From Acidobacteriota bacterium (GTDB lineage: Bacteria > Acidobacteriota > Blastocatellia > Pyrinomonadales > Pyrinomonadaceae): DNA of 64,000 nt. The stretch spans positions 10,892-74,891 of the forward strand of contig JAEWBM010000029.1 in NCBI GenBank assembly GCA_023391155.1. Reading direction: 5' to 3'. The notes beneath the pieces were generated by a model, which made no database searches, was not told where the DNA came from, and worked only from the letters and a program-made list of their open reading frames with translations. Shown one piece after another: positions 61,123 to 64,000 of this stretch; positions within the stretch are counted from its first letter, which is position 1, and each line of letters opens with the position of its first letter. Position numbers and translations under genes: made by a program.

Positions 61123-64000
61123 TCAGACCCGATCCTTGATCTTTAGCACGATCAAAATTGCCAAAACCAACATTCCAAACATTAGCATCAATACCAGTTG
61201 GTTTAAAACCTCATTCATCCATGGATGGAGAAACGTAACGTAGCCGGAAAGGTCCTCCGGGATCTTCTTGACCTCCGGAACAGCGAGCCGGTCCTCGCCG
61301 GTCTCAGGGTCCTGCATTTGGGCACCACCCATCCTCTTATAATCTTCGAGGTCGCGTTGTGCCCGTTTTAGGATCCGTTCATTTTCACTTTCAATGAAAC
61401 GATACAGCCCGAGACCCTTTGTGGGACCGCTATTATCGGCCCCTTCGGCTTCGAGTGTGTCGAGCGTTGAAAATCGCTTCATGGTGTCAAATGACCATGC
61501 GGACGGCATTGTCAGGCCGATCAACCTGTTCGCCCCCTCGGGCACCCCGACCAATCCCGAAAACAAGATCTGCGGGATCAGGATCAACGGTACGAGGCTT
61601 GTGGCCATCTCTGAGGTCCGCACCAAGGCAGACACTAAGAGCCCCAATGCGACCCCCACTCCCGCCGTAAATAACATCGCCCAAAGCTGAGGGATGCCGC
61701 CATATTCACCCGGCATCGCCATAAGGCCCGTGAGATCAAAAAACTTGAGCGGAAGAAAAAGCAGAAGACACTGAATCGCAACGATGAAGCTGAGCACGAA
61801 AAGCTTTGACCCGACATAAGGGAGAATGCCCAGATTGAACATCCGCTCACGCTTATAGACAGGCCGCTCACGGACGATCTCTCTCGCCGCGACCGTCGTT
61901 CCAAACCACACCGCGACAAGGGCAACGACGAAATATACAAAATCCCGGGGCTTGTCATCGCCCATTACGAGAAAGGTGAGCAAGGCGATCGCGGGTGCTT
62001 GGGCCAACAAAATGAAAAGGTTCAGTTTGTCGCGGAGAAGCACCTGGAGGTAACGTTGGGATAATGTGCTCCACTGTCGAATGGCCCCGAATATACCAAG
62101 TCGGCGCCGTTTTTGAAGGCCGGAGTGCTTGAGTTCACCTAATTCCTTGAGCGGCCGCTCGATCAGTTCCCGGTGTTCTGACGTCGCTCGAAATCGTTTC
62201 TTCCAATCCTCGGCGATAGACTCAACGACCTTGGCCCGTGCAGGCTCGCCGTGTTCGGCCACGCCCTTCTCGACGGGCTCCTCCAATTTCTTGAAAAGCT
62301 GGGTGAAATTTTCAGCGCCGAAGTGCTTGAGGGCATCGCTCGGCGGCCCGTAATAAACAAGCTTGCCGCGCATCAGAATGACGATCTTGTCAAAAAGCGA
62401 TACGTTCTCCATCGCGTGTGTCGTCATTATCACAGTTCGGCCGGATTCCGCGATCTGCTTGAAGAGCCGCATGATCCGGTCCTCGGTGACCGGATCGAGG
62501 CCCGATGTCGGTTCGTCAAGATAGATGACAGAAGGTTTTGTGATCAGCTCAACGGCGATCGATACTCGTTTGCGCTGGCCCCCGGAAAGCCGATTGACGG
62601 GTACGTTCTTTCGTTCTGTTAACCCCGTGACGTCCAGAACCTCATCGATGATCTTAGTGATCTCGGCCCGCGACACGTCACGCGACAGCCTTAGCTTCGC
62701 GACATAATAAAGCGTGCGGTAAACGGTAAGCTCGCGGTGGATGATATCGTCCTGCGGCACGTAGCCGATCGCTTGTTTCAGCGAATCGAAATGCCGGTAT
62801 AGATCGAGATTATTAACTAGAACGTTCCCGGCCCCTGCGGGACGCACACCGTTGAGTGCCTCTATGAGTGAGGATTTGCCTGCGCCCGAGGGGCCGATCA
62901 GCCCCACGAACTCATTTGGAGCGATCGAGAGTGAGATGTCGTCCAAGAGCTTGAGGCGGCCCCCGCGGATCTTAACTTCGGACGTCAAACGGACCGCGTC
63001 GACACGGGTTTTAGATCGGGTATCGAAAACCGCGATCGCTCCCGACGGATCGAGCCGCAAGAGAAAGGCCCCGATCTGGACGGAATCGGCCGGCCCGATC
63101 ACACTGCGGGATACGCGGTTGCCGTTGATGAAAATGCCGTTCGTGGACCCGAGATCTTCGACCAGAACTTCTGCTCCGGACTGCGTGAAGCGAGCGTGGC
63201 GGTTCGAGATCTGAAGGCCGTCGAGCGATATCTCACACTTTTCGGAACGGCCGACGGTGAGAATGCCGCTGCCCGTGAATGGAACGGTCATCAGCAGCTG
63301 AGGCTCGCCTGCGGTATCGCGAGCGGTGCGAAGGCCCGACGCATCAAGCCGAGCGACGATCGTCTTTTGCGATATCTCCGATGCGGGCCCCTCTTCGGAA
63401 ACCGGTCGGGCAAGGCCCGGAGCGTTAAATTTTAGAACCGGGCCGCCCATCCCCAGCTGGATCTCATCAGCGTTGTAAAGCTCAGTCGCGGCAGTTATTC
63501 GTTGGCCGTTGACCAGCGTGCCGTTAAAGCTGTTGTTATCTGTAATGAAGTATCCGGAATCGCCCGGACGGATCTCGGCATGTCTTCGCGAGACCATACC
63601 GGCCCCTTCTTCGATCAGGACCTCGCAGGAAGGGTCACGGCCAAGCCAGACGTCTCGCCCCGTCACGGCAACTGGCGGCCGCGGTGCGCCACCCTGAAAA
63701 ATAAGAGTCGCCGCGGGCAGTTTAGGCACCGCCGGAGCGGGAGGCACGTCGGGCACGGGCGGTCGAACGGCCGAGTTGGGTTGGCTGGCCGCCGGGGGCG
63801 ATGGAACCCCGGCTCCGCCGTTGTCGACATCGAACCAGACGACCTTGATGATCGGCCCGTCCATGCCGAGCTGGATTGCGCTGCCGACTGGGAGCGGCAT
63901 CGCCCTCTCCATTTTGCGGCCGTTCAAATAAGTTCCAAAGCTCGAGCCCAGATCGGCGATCATCCACTCGCCCGCGTGAAAACGGATCTCAGCGTGACGG
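61123..64000 (-). CDS. FHA-domain (x3) ABC transporter, fused ATPase and ABC-2 permease (5' end outside the window)
   Basis: The frame stays open past 63963 (…RHAEIRFHAGEWMIADLGSSFGTYLNGRKM is an FHA core). Two more FHA cores are present (SRRHAEIRPGDSGYFITDNNSFNGTLVNG; SNRHARFTQSGAEVLVEDLGSTNGIFING). Walker A GPSGAGKSSL, signature LSGGQRKRVSIAVEL, Walker B IYLDEPTSGLD, and a C-terminal 6-TM ABC-2 domain. Confidence 0.85.
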   Translation of the reverse strand, partial: RHAEIRFHAGEWMIADLGSSFGTYLNGRKMERAMPLPVGSAIQLGMDGPIIKVVWFDVDNGGAGVPSPPAASQPNSAVRPPVPDVPPAPAVPKLPAATLIFQGGAPRPPVAVTGRDVWLGRDPSCEVLIEEGAGMVSRRHAEIRPGDSGYFITDNNSFNGTLVNGQRITAATELYNADEIQLGMGGPVLKFNAPGLARPVSEEGPASEISQKTIVARLDASGLRTARDTAGEPQLLMTVPFTGSGILTVGRSEKCEISLDGLQISNRHARFTQSGAEVLVEDLGSTNGIFINGNRVSRSVIGPADSVQIGAFLLRLDPSGAIAVFDTRSKTRVDAVRLTSEVKIRGGRLKLLDDISLSIAPNEFVGLIGPSGAGKSSLIEALNGVRPAGAGNVLVNNLDLYRHFDSLKQAIGYVPQDDIIHRELTVYRTLYYVAKLRLSRDVSRAEITKIIDEVLDVTGLTERKNVPVNRLSGGQRKRVSIAVELITKPSVIYLDEPTSGLDPVTEDRIMRLFKQIAESGRTVIMTTHAMENVSLFDKIVILMRGKLVYYGPPSDALKHFGAENFTQLFKKLEEPVEKGVAEHGEPARAKVVESIAEDWKKRFRATSEHRELIERPLKELGELKHSGLQKRRRLGIFGAIRQWSTLSQRYLQVLLRDKLNLFILLAQAPAIALLTFLVMGDDKPRDFVYFVVALVAVWFGTTVAAREIVRERPVYKRERMFNLGILPYVGSKLFVLSFIVAIQCLLLFLPLKFFDLTGLMAMPGEYGGIPQLWAMLFTAGVGVALGLLVSALVRTSEMATSLVPLILIPQILFSGLVGVPEGANRLIGLTMPSAWSFDTMKRFSTLDTLEAEGADNSGPTKGLGLYRFIESENERILKRAQRDLEDYKRMGGAQMQDPETGEDRLAVPEVKKIPEDLSGYVTFLHPWMNEVLNQLVLMLMFGMLVLAILIVLKIKDRV

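Overview
High-GC bacterial chromosomal segment (roughly 60% GC by eye). The gene content suggests Acidobacteriota: two TonB-dependent receptors with N-terminal carboxypeptidase-regulatory-like domains, many secreted hypothetical proteins, and several zinc-ribbon proteins. That assignment is inference only. About 55 genes are tightly packed and mostly housekeeping: gatB, aroA, a fused aroD-aroE, era, prmA, rnhA, rlmB, thiF, ndh and an NFACT/RqcH-like gene. Four modules stand out. (1) At 5.4-13.9 kb there is a translationally coupled che-like operon behind a perfect sigma-54 -24/-12 element. It encodes a TPR/zinc-ribbon response regulator, CheW, two sensor-less MCP-like paralogues with shortened signalling tips, and a CheA-REC hybrid. 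(2) At 17.9-23.25 kb (minus strand) there is a btuF-btuC-btuD-TonB-receptor cobalamin uptake operon. It has a clear cobalamin riboswitch at its head and a probable second one in front of the receptor gene. (3) At 34.8-39.8 kb there is a co-directional MoxR / DUF58 / ECF sigma / anti-sigma / DUF4097 block. (4) The only clearly accessory region is 53.8-57.45 kb. It holds a hairpin-rich non-coding stretch, decayed Rhs/YD-repeat fragments and two AT-richer orphan toxin-tip/immunity cassettes. Each cassette is bounded by a ~29-bp palindrome-rich junction element; there are three copies, one of them inverted. This region is followed by two modules of 10-12-nt tandem repeats. No rRNA, CRISPR array, transposase, integrase or prophage was recognised. 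Gene coordinates rest on the supplied ORF track. Hand-counted small features may be off by 1-2 nt.
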